From Verrucomicrobiales bacterium (GTDB lineage Bacteria; Verrucomicrobiota; Verrucomicrobiia; Limisphaerales; JAYPXF01): a stretch of DNA of 64,000 bases. Below the pieces are notes generated by a model that did not search any database, was not told the DNA's origin, and saw only the letters and a list, made by a program, of their open reading frames with translations. The translations under genes were made by a program, and so were the position numbers. The DNA lies in assembly GCA_002715965.1 (NCBI GenBank), contig PBAL01000099.1, forward strand, positions 65,749 through 129,748. The letters run 5' to 3'. Positions 9,920 through 20,305 of this stretch are shown here, piece after piece. Position 1 is the stretch's first letter; each line of letters starts with the position of its first letter.

Positions 9920-9963
9920 CGTGACAGTGGTGTCGCTTGGTAGATCGGCTAGCGTCAGCCGCA

Positions 9964-10227
9964 TCACCCCGTGTGCAGCGGCACGCCTTTGAACAGGGCT
10001 TCGAGGTTGTCGATGATCACGACGACCCCCGTGGCCGCCATAAACAACCATGCGAGACAGGTCGGCAGCAGCGAGGAGATGGGGTGTCGTCGGATGGTCT
10101 TGGCATAGCGGCCCATGTTGAAGCTGAGGTATCCGAGAATAGGCGCCAGCAGGATGAAGGTTGGATAGAAGGGGTAGAGTATCCATTGGCGGAAGGCCAC
10201 CGAGTAACCGCCACGGTTGGTCCAGAA
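9964..10227 (-). pseudogene. C-terminal fragment of a small membrane protein fused to the sigma-54 activator remnant
   Basis: Two hydrophobic helices ([40 protein letters not shown]) follow DEIGEMDL abruptly. Confidence 0.5.
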
Positions 10228-10532
10228 CAGGTCCATCTCACCGATCTCATCCAGGAATAGCGTTCCACCGTCGGCCTGCTCCACCAAACCCGCCCGCGAC
10301 TTCACCGCACCGGTAAACACACCCTTTTCGGCGCCGAACAATTCGGCTTCCAGAAGGTCACGCGGAATTGCAGCGCAGTTGATCGCAACGAACGGGCCTT
10401 GCCCGTGCGCAGTATGCATGGCACTGGCGATACGTTCTTTCCCCGCACCGGATTCGCCCGTGACCAGCACTGCAACATAAGCCGTTCAATCGCCTGCCGC
10501 AGAGCGAGCATCGGTCCGGAGATGCCGACCAT
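10228..10532 (-). pseudogene. Truncated, frameshifted sigma-54 enhancer-binding protein AAA+ fragment
   Basis: [18 protein letters not shown], then a frameshift at ~10478, then [47 protein letters not shown]. It ends right after Walker B. Confidence 0.85.
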
Positions 10533-10831
10533 GGAATCGCCACCAATCGTTTGTGCTGCGCTGCAGAGTTGAAGCTACATTCCTTGGGATTTGCCTGCGC
10601 GTTCTATCGCGCCGGACCAATGTGCCATTGAGTCTTTCACATCCAGCACATCGTAAACTCGGTGCTCATCCTGCGACCCGCCACGATGAACTTCCGATTG
10701 GCCTGTGCCAGACGCACGCGCATCGCCCAAGCCCAGATGAATCGAGATCCTTCGTTCCTTCTCCGCACGCGATCCGCACGCATCAACCGATTTCCCTCCA
10801 ACCAAGCAAACAGCAAAACAAAGATAGAATC

Positions 10832-11050
10832 ATGTCCAACAGAGGAATTAGAGACAACGCAATGAACGCCCGAGACGAATCGTCCTTGCTCGGTGTGCAT
10901 CAGAAAGTTGACGACGCCCCCGGCATTGAATGCCGAGGATGTGGCTGCTCCGACTGTCTGTGGTTTGGCACCGAAGAAGCCCGCTTCAGCCACATTCGAG
11001 CCCGCGAAATCGTGGCCCGCTTTCGTGGTACGGATGCCCAGACCGCGTGA
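10832..11050 (+). CDS. Small Cys-cluster hypothetical protein (72 aa)
   Basis: A-rich leader before ATG 10832 and a CRGCGCSDC motif. It fills an otherwise empty region. Confidence 0.4.
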   Translation: MSNRGIRDNAMNARDESSLLGVHQKVDDAPGIECRGCGCSDCLWFGTEEARFSHIRAREIVARFRGTDAQTA

Positions 11051-11057
11051 GCGGACG

Positions 11058-12011
11058 TCACTTTGATTCCAGGCCGGCGAACTGCATGCCCAAGCGAATC
11101 CAGATCGGGATGGTGATGAACGCAATGATCGAGGTGGACATCACCACCCGCAGGGCCGTGGGCGGATGAGCCTGGAAATACTTCGCGGCAAGGATCGTGA
11201 AGATTGCCGATGGCATGGCAGCCTGCAGGACAACGACCTGTTTCAACTCAAGGCTCATGGGCAGGTAGCGGGCGACTAGCAGGAAACCCACAGGGAGAAT
11301 CAACAATCGGACCACGCAGGCCGTCGCCATCACCTGCGCTCCCCCACTCATCCGGAATTCCTTCAGCAGGTCGCCGACCATCGCCCCCGACAGGATCAGT
11401 CCCATTGGAATCGCGCATGCCCCGATCATGCGCGCGGTTCGGATGAACAGCTCGGGAACTGATTCCGCCAGACCCGCGAGATTCAGAAAGACCGTGAACA
11501 CGATCGCGAAGATCGGTGGCCGCAATAGTTTCTTCCAGATCGGTTGATCGCGTTGCGCGAAGATGATTGCGCCCATCACCCAGAACGCAAAATCCACTCC
11601 GACGTTGTAAACCACAAGTGTCGCAGCCGTGGCATCCCCGAACAGTGAGAGCGCCAGGGGCAGGGGAATGTATCCGTAATTGTACATGCCCGCACTGAAG
11701 CCAAAGGTCTTTCTTTCCAACGGATCTTTCAGTCCGGTGAAAGAAGCCAGTGAGAGTGCAACGAGCATCCCCACGACCACCGTCATGAATCCGATCAGCG
11801 GACCGAGCAGCAGGTTCGAAGGCTCGTTCAGTGCGGGGTTGCCGAGGAGCTTGTCGAAGATGAAGCAGGGGATCAGCAGGTTGACGGTCAGGTCGAGCAG
11901 GCTCTTGTCCGCCTCTTCTGTCAGGCAATTGCTGCGACGCAACGCAACACCGGCCAGAACGGTGAGCAACACCGGCAGCACGGCGAGGAAAACGATGTTG
12001 AACTCCTTCAT
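11058..12011 (-). CDS. AEC (auxin efflux carrier / membrane transport protein) family transporter
   Basis: About 10 TM segments, NYGYIPLPL, PPIFA, AIPMGL, VVLQAAMPSA. Confidence 0.92.
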   Translation of the reverse strand: MKEFNIVFLAVLPVLLTVLAGVALRRSNCLTEEADKSLLDLTVNLLIPCFIFDKLLGNPALNEPSNLLLGPLIGFMTVVVGMLVALSLASFTGLKDPLERKTFGFSAGMYNYGYIPLPLALSLFGDATAATLVVYNVGVDFAFWVMGAIIFAQRDQPIWKKLLRPPIFAIVFTVFLNLAGLAESVPELFIRTARMIGACAIPMGLILSGAMVGDLLKEFRMSGGAQVMATACVVRLLILPVGFLLVARYLPMSLELKQVVVLQAAMPSAIFTILAAKYFQAHPPTALRVVMSTSIIAFITIPIWIRLGMQFAGLESK

Positions 12012-12436
12012 CGACCTCTGTGAGTGATACCCGGAGTCGGCTCAGGCACGCCGTCAGGCGGATTGAAATTCGGCGGGTTCAGCACGGCAATCCCCACGAT
12101 GACCACCAGCGCAATTCGGGTGCCCCACATGGAACGGACGGCAAGATTCTCGCTCCGGCAATGATCGGCCCGCAGGTCATCGAGAGATCTTTCCGAGCCC
12201 GTCTTCTGCCGCTCGGCCTTGGTACGCTCCTGTATGTCCTCTTCGGCCTCTTCGTAATCGTCCTTCCACAATTCACCCCGCGTGGCCGCTGTGCCGGTGA
12301 AAGTCGGAACCGGTGCCGGCAGCGCCTCCTCTTCAATGATCGTCGCGTCCTCGTCTTCAATAATCGTCGGCGCAGCAGGCCGATCGCTCGGAGGAGCGTG
12401 CGGTTCGATAATCGTGGGAATGGACGTCTTGGGCAT
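12008..12436 (-). CDS. Hypothetical protein, acidic/Pro-rich with one C-terminal TM
   Basis: GAGG before ATG. Repeated PTIIE/ATIIE. 4-nt overlap with the AEC gene. Confidence 0.7.
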   Translation of the reverse strand: MPKTSIPTIIEPHAPPSDRPAAPTIIEDEDATIIEEEALPAPVPTFTGTAATRGELWKDDYEEAEEDIQERTKAERQKTGSERSLDDLRADHCRSENLAVRSMWGTRIALVVIVGIAVLNPPNFNPPDGVPEPTPGITHRGR

Positions 12437-12663
12437 GCCTCAACCGGCGCCGATCATCGATTTCCCAGATCCGGCGCGCACCTGATTTCGCGCGAGTGTG
12501 CCGAAGCGAGCCGCAAATTCAAATCATCTCCGAAACAGAACACCAGTGCCTGCGCGGGCAATGGCGCTCGCCCAATCCGCCGGGGCAAACGTTCCACGCG
12601 CATGATCTTCATTCTTGGCGACAACACCTCTTTCCCTTACCACTGGTCTATCCCTCTTGAATC

Positions 12664-14010
12664 ATGAGAACATTGCTTCTTCTTGCCTTCGCACTAGCTT
12701 CATCGGTCGCCATCGGACAAGTCACGGACGGCCAGTTCCCCGTCCAATCCAACCTCCGCGCCGGCGTCGCCAAAGTGGACATCACGCCGAGGAAAGTTGC
12801 CGGCATCGAAACCATCGGTCACCGGCGCGTCGTGGACGGATTGCGAGATCCTCTGCGCGCCGGTGTGCTGCTGTTGGACGACGGTGAAAACAAGGCCGCC
12901 ATTGTCACGATCGACCTGGTCAATGCCTACGATCTCATTGTCAAACTGATCCGCGAGAAGGTTGCGTCAGCCACAGGCGTAGCCGGGCCGAACATCATGG
13001 TCACCGCATCGCACAATCATTCCGGACCGCCCTGCAAGGAGGATTCGCCCTACGTGAGGGAAGTTGCGGAAAAAATCGGGAAAGCCGCTGGTCGTGCGCT
13101 TTCCAAGATGCGCAAGGTAAACGTCGGCTACGGCGAGGACGAAATCAGGTTCAACATCAACCGGCGCAAGGTCATCGATGGGCGCGCGGTGGTCTGGTTG
13201 AACCCCGACGGGCCGAATGATCCACGCGTGAAGGTTTTGCGCTTTGATGACGGACGATCCCTAACGCCCATGGCGGTTCTGATGCATGCGGTCTGTCATC
13301 CCTGTTTCTTTACCTGGGGCGACAAGGGCACCCAGCCCTATGCAAAGGGTTTTCCGAAAATGAGCGCCGACTTTCCCGGTGACGCACAGACCTTTGTTGA
13401 GAAAAACTACGGAAACGAAACCAGCGCTTTGTTCCTCCAGGGATGCGCCGGCGATATCCGTCCGAATCTACCGGGTTTTCCCTATCGCTGTGCGGACGAG
13501 GCGGACATGCAATGGGCTGGCCGCGGTCTTGGCAGTGCCGTGATCCGGACGCTTGCTGACGGAGTGCGTCGCGAGAAACTGCGCACCCGCACAACCTATT
13601 ATCCCATCCGCGTCGCCAGTTCAGTGGTTGCCCTTCCCGGCAAGGAAGCAGATGTGCAGGCAGAACTGATGGCGATGAAGATCGGTCCTTATCTCCTCCT
13701 CAGCATGCCCGGCGAACCGATGGTCGAATTCGGCTTCGCCATCGAGAAGGCGATCGGTCCGCGCGCCATCCCGATCATCGTCGGTTACGCCAACGGAGCA
13801 CTTGGCTACATTGCCACGACGGAATCCTACACCGTTGGCGGCTACGAACCAAAGGCATCACCGCTCGCGCCGGAAGCCGAACCCATCGTCATTCGCGAAC
13901 TTGGCCGCCTCGCCGACCAGGTAATCGGTGATGTCTTCGAATCCTTCTCCAAACACCCGAAGGACGTGAAGAAACGCGAAGCCGAAGAAAAGGCGCGACT
14001 CAAGAAGTAA
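12664..14010 (+). CDS. Neutral/alkaline ceramidase-like exported hydrolase
   Basis: Signal peptide, LRAGVAKVDITP, TASHNHSGP, SADFPG, FLQGCAGD, PGEPMVE, GYANG..GY..GGYE. Confidence 0.85.
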   Translation: MRTLLLLAFALASSVAIGQVTDGQFPVQSNLRAGVAKVDITPRKVAGIETIGHRRVVDGLRDPLRAGVLLLDDGENKAAIVTIDLVNAYDLIVKLIREKVASATGVAGPNIMVTASHNHSGPPCKEDSPYVREVAEKIGKAAGRALSKMRKVNVGYGEDEIRFNINRRKVIDGRAVVWLNPDGPNDPRVKVLRFDDGRSLTPMAVLMHAVCHPCFFTWGDKGTQPYAKGFPKMSADFPGDAQTFVEKNYGNETSALFLQGCAGDIRPNLPGFPYRCADEADMQWAGRGLGSAVIRTLADGVRREKLRTRTTYYPIRVASSVVALPGKEADVQAELMAMKIGPYLLLSMPGEPMVEFGFAIEKAIGPRAIPIIVGYANGALGYIATTESYTVGGYEPKASPLAPEAEPIVIRELGRLADQVIGDVFESFSKHPKDVKKREAEEKARLKK

Positions 14011-14112
14011 CCGAGAGTGGTCGGCGCTCCATTGCCGGGAACAATCTGCAAAACTCCCAGACCCAGTCGGAATGCTTTCATGGCCCAAGACAATGTCCTA
14101 CGCTTGCGCGTA

Positions 14113-16686
14113 GTGAAACTTTCTCGTTGGCATTCAATTCTGCTCCTGGTCGCCGGACTGGCTCGTGTGGAATCGGTGACGGCCGAAGGAGTTTCCTACG
14201 AAGAAAGCATCCAGCCGATTCTCGCGGCCCATTGCGTCAAGTGTCACTCGAAGGAAAACCGTGAAGCTCGATTGGACCTGGGTGATCTGGCGGGAATTGT
14301 GAAGGGCGGCAAGTCCGGACCGGTCGTGCGCGCCGGTGCGGTGGGGTCGAGTCGACTGTGGGGAATGATCGCTGCGGACAAGATGCCCAAGGATGCGCCG
14401 CCACTCACTGCCAACGAGAAGGGTTTGATTCGTAGTTGGATCATCACCCAGGCGAAGCAAGATTTCGCCGAGCTCGAACCGAAGCTCGCGGTGAAGGAGG
14501 GACGGGGCGGAGGATCACGCGAACATTGGGCGTTCTTTCCGCCTGAGCGTCCACGACTACCGGTCGGGTCGCGATTCGGGCATCCCATTGACGCCTTCGT
14601 ACACAAACGGTTGGCCGCCGAGGGCTTGCAATTTTCACCCAAGGCCAATCATCGAACCCTGGCGCGTCGGGCGGCTTATGACCTGACCGGCCTGCCGCCG
14701 ACACCAGAGTTGCTTGCTTCCTTCAATTCTGATGATCAACCCGGCGCGTACGAACGCATGATCGATCGGCTGCTAGCGGACCCGGCCTACGGTGAACGTT
14801 GGGGCAGGCATTGGCTGGATGTGGCTGGCTACGCAGATTCAGCCGGTGTGTTGAATGAGGACAAGATCCTTCCGCGGGCCTGGCGCTATCGCGACTACGT
14901 CATCCGTGCGTTCAACCTGGACAAACCCTACGACCTGTTTCTTCGCGAACAGATCGCGGGCGACGAGTTATACGACTACTGGACGGCCGAAGAGACGATG
15001 GATCGGCTGCCCGAACAGGTGATTGAGGGAATTGTTGCCACGGGATTTCTGCGAACCGCGCCGGATTCCAGTCGGCCGGATTTCGCCAAGATCACCAACG
15101 CTGCAGCGCTCTACTATTACCCGACCATTGACGACACCTTGCGCATTGTCGCCTCCTCGACGATGGGGCTGACGCTGCATTGCGCGAAATGTCACGACCA
15201 CATCTTCGATCCGATACCTCAAAAGGACTACTATCGGATGCAGGCGGTATTTATGCCGGCCTACCAGCCGAACAAGTGGATCGCGCAGAACCTTCGTCGG
15301 CTCCCAATGGCTTCGGCCCGGGAGCGACGGCTGGCCGAAGCGACGAACAAGCAGGCGATCGAGATCGAACTCAAGGCCTTGACCGACGAGCGCTACGCCC
15401 TTCGCAACAAGTATCGCGACCTTCGTCTCGAGCGCCTGGTGAAGGAATTTCCCAAGGAACAACAACAGCCCGTGTTGCTTGCGTTCAAGACCCACCACTC
15501 GAAGCGAACGCCCGCACAAGAACAACTGGTCGAGAAACATGTCGAGCTCCTGATGCCTCGCGCCGGCATTCTTGAGAAACATCTCACAAAGGAATACCCG
15601 GAATACGTCGCCGAACTGAAGCGCATTGAAAAGGCCAAGGCCACGGTAAAGAAACGAGCGCCTCGCAATGAATATGTCCGGGCGCTCTACGACCTGCCGG
15701 GGGAGGTGAACACACCCTTCCTACGACGCGGTGACCCGCTGACTCCGGGTCCAGACGTCACGCCGGGTGTATTGGCAGCATTGGCCACTGGAAGCGATTA
15801 TTCTCTGAGCAAGAAACCGCCTCGGAAAAGCAGCGGTCGGCGTCTGGCATTTGCTGAATGGCTGACGCAATCGAAGCATCCACTCACCGCCCGGGTGATG
15901 GTGAACCGCATCTGGATGCACCACTTTGGCGTCGGCCTGGTTGCGACGCCCGAGGACTTCGGACACTCAGGCCGCGAACCCAGCCACCCGGAACTGCTCG
16001 ATTGGCTCGCTTGCGAACTAGTGGACAACAACTGGAGTGTAAAACGGATTCACCGGTTGATCCTGACCTCGCAAACCTACCGGCAGCGATCCGCAGTTGA
16101 CCCCGCGAGCGAGCGGCATCGACGCGCTTTGGAAGCAGATCCCGACAACGACCTGCTGTGGCGTCAGCGGATGCGTCGTCTCGAAGCCGAACAGTTGCGC
16201 GATGGCGTGTTGGCGGTGGCCGGCGAGATCAGCCGAAAAATGTTCGGCGAACCCATCGAAGTCAACCGGCACAAGACAGGAGAGTTTGCGCCCACCAAAA
16301 GAACCGGCCGGCGCTCGATCTATCTGCGCCAACGACGCTCCCAACCCGTATCCATCCTGCGTGCCTTCGATCAACCGGTGATGGAAACAAACTGCACGCA
16401 ACGCGATCGATCGACCGTGGTGCCCCAGGCGCTGACCCTGTTGAACAGCGATTTCATGGCCGTCTCGGCTTCCGCGTTTGCCGATCGCGTGCTTCGCGAA
16501 CGACCCGATGCTCCGGAAGCACGTGCCATGTTGCTGGCCTTCGGTCGTGTTCCAAACGCTGACGAGTTGCGGACTCTGGAGCAGTTCGTCGCCGACCAGA
16601 CTCACCGACGTGATTCCAGGCGGCTGGCGGTTCAGGACCTTTGTCATCTCTTGCTGAGTGCCAATGAATTTGTTTATGTGGATTGA
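14113..16686 (+). CDS. Planctomycete cytochrome C + DUF1549 + DUF1553 (PSCyt2/PSD1) protein
   Basis: CVKCH, CAKCH, HWAF, YGERWGRHWLDVAGYADS, TARVMVNRIWMHHFG, SANEFVYVD. Start is GTG 14113 or ATG 14080. Confidence 0.93.
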   Translation: MKLSRWHSILLLVAGLARVESVTAEGVSYEESIQPILAAHCVKCHSKENREARLDLGDLAGIVKGGKSGPVVRAGAVGSSRLWGMIAADKMPKDAPPLTANEKGLIRSWIITQAKQDFAELEPKLAVKEGRGGGSREHWAFFPPERPRLPVGSRFGHPIDAFVHKRLAAEGLQFSPKANHRTLARRAAYDLTGLPPTPELLASFNSDDQPGAYERMIDRLLADPAYGERWGRHWLDVAGYADSAGVLNEDKILPRAWRYRDYVIRAFNLDKPYDLFLREQIAGDELYDYWTAEETMDRLPEQVIEGIVATGFLRTAPDSSRPDFAKITNAAALYYYPTIDDTLRIVASSTMGLTLHCAKCHDHIFDPIPQKDYYRMQAVFMPAYQPNKWIAQNLRRLPMASARERRLAEATNKQAIEIELKALTDERYALRNKYRDLRLERLVKEFPKEQQQPVLLAFKTHHSKRTPAQEQLVEKHVELLMPRAGILEKHLTKEYPEYVAELKRIEKAKATVKKRAPRNEYVRALYDLPGEVNTPFLRRGDPLTPGPDVTPGVLAALATGSDYSLSKKPPRKSSGRRLAFAEWLTQSKHPLTARVMVNRIWMHHFGVGLVATPEDFGHSGREPSHPELLDWLACELVDNNWSVKRIHRLILTSQTYRQRSAVDPASERHRRALEADPDNDLLWRQRMRRLEAEQLRDGVLAVAGEISRKMFGEPIEVNRHKTGEFAPTKRTGRRSIYLRQRRSQPVSILRAFDQPVMETNCTQRDRSTVVPQALTLLNSDFMAVSASAFADRVLRERPDAPEARAMLLAFGRVPNADELRTLEQFVADQTHRRDSRRLAVQDLCHLLLSANEFVYVD

Positions 16687-16689
16687 AGC

Positions 16690-18084
16690 ATGAGCCCCGG
16701 CGACATCATGTCCCGACGTGAAGGCCTGATCCGGCTGGGTGGCGGATTTGGCGGACTGGTGCTTGGCTCGATGGTTGGCGCAGCGGACGTCCGGCGTCCG
16801 CTTCATACGCCCAAGGCACGGGCAGTCATTCAGCTGTTCATGCACGGCGGACCCAGCCACATGGACCTGCTGGATCCGAAGCCGATGCTGAACAAATTTC
16901 ACGGCCAGTCACCTCCGGACGAAGTATCGGATGACGAACGACGGACGACTTATCTGCTTGGAACACCGTTCGAGTTTTCCCGCCACGGCCAAAGTGGCGT
17001 GGAGTTTTCCTATCCGATGCGCTGCGTTGCGCAACACGCCGACGACATCGCGGTCATCCGCTCGATGTTCACCGAGCACCGCAATCACGAACAGGCCATC
17101 TGGATGGCCAACACCGGCCTCATTCGTCCGGGCCGCCCGAACATCGGATCATGGGTGGCTTATGCCCTGGGCTCTGAAAACCGCGAGCTCCCGGCCTACG
17201 TGGCCTTGCCAGATCCCAAGGGCCTGCCGGTGGATGGAATCCGCAATTGGTCCAACGGCTGGCTTCCACCGCTGTATCAGGGAACAGCCTTCAGCTCGGA
17301 AGGTATGCCGGTTTTACATCTGCAACCCAATCAGGCCCGTTCGCCCGAGGTTGAAGCTGCGCGAATGGAACTGCTCGGCAAACTGAACGCTGCGCACAAG
17401 AAGGCACGTCCCGGTGAATTGGAACTCGATGCCCGTATCGCCAATTTCGAACTTGCCGCCCGAATGCAACTCTCGGCCACGGACGCGCTCGACCTGTCGC
17501 GTGAATCTGAAGCCACTCAAAAGCTCTACGGCCTCGATGAGGAAAAGACCCGTCCCTATGGCCGGCGTTGCCTGATGGCGCGTCGCCTGATCGAACGCGG
17601 AGTGCGCTTCGTGCAGATCTTCATGCGCGGCCAGCCATGGGACACGCACGCAAAGAACGTGGCAGGAACGCGCAACTGTTGCGCCCAGACAGATCTTCCC
17701 GTCGCCGGCCTGCTCACCGATCTCAAGCAACGCGGCCTCTTCGATTCCACCATCGTGCAATGGGGTGGTGAATTCGGCCGCACGCCGACCGCCGAACAAC
17801 GTCCCGGCAACAAGACCCAGGGCACGGAAGGCCGCGATCATCATCCCTACGGTTTCAGCATCTGGTTGGCAGGGGGCGGGATCAAGGGCGGCCAGACCTA
17901 TGGCGCCACCGATGACTTCGGACATCGCTCCGTCGTCGATCGCGTGCAGATGGCCGATCTCCACGCCACTCTCCTCCACCTGCTAGGACTCAACCACGAA
18001 CGCCTCACTTACCCGCACAACGGCCGCGATGAACGATTGACCGACGTGTATGAAGCGCAGGTGCTGAAACGTCTGTTGGCCTGA
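16690..18084 (+). CDS. DUF1501 domain protein
   Basis: SRREGL signal, FMHGGPSHMDLLDPKP, ARRLIERGVRFVQ, WDTH, GEFGRTP, GRDHH. Confidence 0.95.
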   Translation: MSPGDIMSRREGLIRLGGGFGGLVLGSMVGAADVRRPLHTPKARAVIQLFMHGGPSHMDLLDPKPMLNKFHGQSPPDEVSDDERRTTYLLGTPFEFSRHGQSGVEFSYPMRCVAQHADDIAVIRSMFTEHRNHEQAIWMANTGLIRPGRPNIGSWVAYALGSENRELPAYVALPDPKGLPVDGIRNWSNGWLPPLYQGTAFSSEGMPVLHLQPNQARSPEVEAARMELLGKLNAAHKKARPGELELDARIANFELAARMQLSATDALDLSRESEATQKLYGLDEEKTRPYGRRCLMARRLIERGVRFVQIFMRGQPWDTHAKNVAGTRNCCAQTDLPVAGLLTDLKQRGLFDSTIVQWGGEFGRTPTAEQRPGNKTQGTEGRDHHPYGFSIWLAGGGIKGGQTYGATDDFGHRSVVDRVQMADLHATLLHLLGLNHERLTYPHNGRDERLTDVYEAQVLKRLLA

Positions 18085-18099
18085 GCTTCTTGTTGTGGA

Positions 18100-18149
18100 G
18101 TGATCTCCAGACCGCGCTTCACTCACCCGGCCGCAGGTCTCAGAATCAC
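18100..18149. terminator. Imperfect inverted repeat between convergent genes (REP- or terminator-like)
   Basis: gtgatctccagaccgcg (18100-18116) pairs imperfectly with cgcaggtctcagaatcac (18132-18149). Confidence 0.45.
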
Positions 18150-18224
18150 CAGGGAGACCAATTGAGTAAACGGGTCAGAAGACCGTCCACAACGAGCTTC
18201 GTCTCACCAGCTTCACCAAATCGA

Positions 18225-19694
18225 TCAAGGTTTGAACGTGTTCCAGCCTGCTTTCATCCGCTGCTTCATCCGATTGAGTGTCTGCTTCTGTGCGGGATGA
18301 TTGGCAATATTGTTGTTCTCCTGGGGATCGGTCTGGTGGTCGTAGAGTTCGTAGGCGACAAACTCAGTGCCCGGAACACGCCACTCGGTATAACGGTAAC
18401 GATCGGTGCGCATTGAATAGCCCATGCCGCGAGAGATCTTGCCGTAGCCGGGAATAACGCGTTGGTAGTCGCTGAACGCTGCCGTCTTCCACTTGCGATT
18501 CGGGTCCTTCAGAAGCGGCACCATGCTGTGGCCTTCCAATCCTTCGTCCAGCGGCAGTCCCGCGAGTTTGGCAAGAGTGGGGTAGATATCGACGCTTTCT
18601 ACGAGCGCTTTGGTGCGTCCAGGATTGAAGCCGGGGGCGCTGACGATGAGGGGAACGCGGGTGGAGGTTTCGTAGTTCGAATGTTTGTCCCACATGCCGT
18701 GTTCGCCGAGCTGCCAGCCGTGATCGCCCCACAGCGCAACGATCGTTTTCTCGCGGAGACCAAGGCGATCGAGTTCGTCAAGCAGGCGGCCGATCTGGGT
18801 GTCGACAAAACTCACGCAGGCGTAATAGGCCCACTTCAAATCACGGGCTTGTTCCGGAGAAACGGGGCCGACATCGGGGATGCCGTAGTAGTGGCGCAGA
18901 TCGTTCCAATTGTAGGTGGCGTAGTTCGGCGCGCCCTTGGGTGGATAAGGATTCGGAGCGGGTTCAATGGAGTCGCGCTCGTAGAGATCGAAGTAGCGCT
19001 TCGGCGCAATGAACGGGAGGTGTGGTTTGTGAAATCCGACGGCGAAGAAGAAGGGCTCGTCCTTGACCTTGCGCAGGCGGTCGATGGCCGCATCAGCGAT
19101 CTGTCCGTCGCGCACCGCGTTGTCGGGAATTACGGGTGATTCCCAGGGTAGCCCGCCTGGACGTTTGGTCTTGGTGATGCCGTCTCCAAGATCCCAGACG
19201 TAAGTCAATCGTCGATGATCCTCCTGGATCCAATTCAACACGCTACGGCCGAACTCGGTGTGGTAGTCGTCTTCGCGCCGTTGCGATTTGAAAAGCGGCA
19301 CGCTCCACGAAGCCTTGTCGTCGTTGTGGAAGATTTTTCCGAATCCTGCCGCGTAATAACCGTTGTTCTTGAAATGCTGCGGCAGCGTCACCACATCGGG
19401 CAAGACGCTTCGAAATCGAACCTGGAAATTGATCACCTGGGTTGTTGCCGGGCGTCTGCCAGTCAGCATCGATGCGCGTGAGGGCATGCACAGGGCCACC
19501 TGCACATATGCCCGCTCGAAGAGCGTGCCTTCACCGGCAAGGCGATCGATGTGTGGGGACTTTACCGGTTCACCGTAACAACCCAGTTCGGGCCGCAAAT
19601 CGTCGATGGCAATGAAGAGGACGTTCAGCTTCTCAGCGCTGAATGATTGCAGCGCCAACAGGCAGGTCAGGAGCGTGAGCGAACTGGCTTTCAT
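18225..19694 (-). CDS. Sulfatase (iduronate-2-sulfatase-like)
   Basis: NVLFIAIDDLRP, formylglycine motif CMPSRASMLTG, GFHKPHLPF, GDHGWQLGEH. Confidence 0.95.
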   Translation of the reverse strand: MKASSLTLLTCLLALQSFSAEKLNVLFIAIDDLRPELGCYGEPVKSPHIDRLAGEGTLFERAYVQVALCMPSRASMLTGRRPATTQVINFQVRFRSVLPDVVTLPQHFKNNGYYAAGFGKIFHNDDKASWSVPLFKSQRREDDYHTEFGRSVLNWIQEDHRRLTYVWDLGDGITKTKRPGGLPWESPVIPDNAVRDGQIADAAIDRLRKVKDEPFFFAVGFHKPHLPFIAPKRYFDLYERDSIEPAPNPYPPKGAPNYATYNWNDLRHYYGIPDVGPVSPEQARDLKWAYYACVSFVDTQIGRLLDELDRLGLREKTIVALWGDHGWQLGEHGMWDKHSNYETSTRVPLIVSAPGFNPGRTKALVESVDIYPTLAKLAGLPLDEGLEGHSMVPLLKDPNRKWKTAAFSDYQRVIPGYGKISRGMGYSMRTDRYRYTEWRVPGTEFVAYELYDHQTDPQENNNIANHPAQKQTLNRMKQRMKAGWNTFKP

Positions 19695-19700
19695 TGGGAC

Positions 19701-20207
19701 CTATCGTTTCAGCTTGGCAGATTTGATCTCGGCGCTCTCGCCCTGCTTGATCGCGAGCGTCAGAACCGCGTCTTCACCGTAGTCAAAGCGAAAGTGAACC
19801 ATCGGCCGGAAACGTCCGTTTCGGGTGATCGAATAGCGGGTGCCTTGGCGACTGATTTCATAGGTGTCGAACTTCTGCGATTCACCGATTTCGACGTAGA
19901 GCATCTCGTCCTTACCTTCACGGTTCAGCCAGCCGAGTTCATAGCCGCCCTTCAATTCGATCGTGAAAGTGAAGTCGCCTTTCAGCTGCCTTGGTAAGAT
20001 CAGGTGTGCGTGTTTATGGATGCCACTCGTGTTGGTGATTTTCGTGACGCCCTCTTGTTGAACAATGGTCATCGCGTTGATGCCCCGGTCCGTCCAAAGG
20101 CGCTTGGAAGAGTCCCAACATCGAACGTTCCAGTCCGCCTTCTTGAAGGACTGGGCCTGGCCGGTCTGCGTTAGAAGGATGAGGGTGAGGATGGCACAGA
20201 TTCTCAT
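19701..20207 (-). CDS. Exported hypothetical protein, beta-sandwich-like
   Basis: Signal peptide MRICAILTLILL..AQ, LKGDFTFTIELKG. Co-oriented with the sulfatase, 6 nt upstream of it. Confidence 0.7.
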   Translation of the reverse strand: MRICAILTLILLTQTGQAQSFKKADWNVRCWDSSKRLWTDRGINAMTIVQQEGVTKITNTSGIHKHAHLILPRQLKGDFTFTIELKGGYELGWLNREGKDEMLYVEIGESQKFDTYEISRQGTRYSITRNGRFRPMVHFRFDYGEDAVLTLAIKQGESAEIKSAKLKR

Positions 20208-20305
20208 GGCGGGATTCATATCCCCGACCGGGGTGAGATCAACCAAAATCAGGCGTTGCACGGCGCGAGATCGGCTGCAATTCTGCCGCCACCCTCGTTC
20301 GAACA

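Noticed and set aside
10560..10830. Sigma-54 -24/-12 promoter next to the activator remnant
   Set aside because: Two TGGCAC hexamers occur on the minus strand (~10621-10627, ~10704-10710), but neither has GC at the required spacing.
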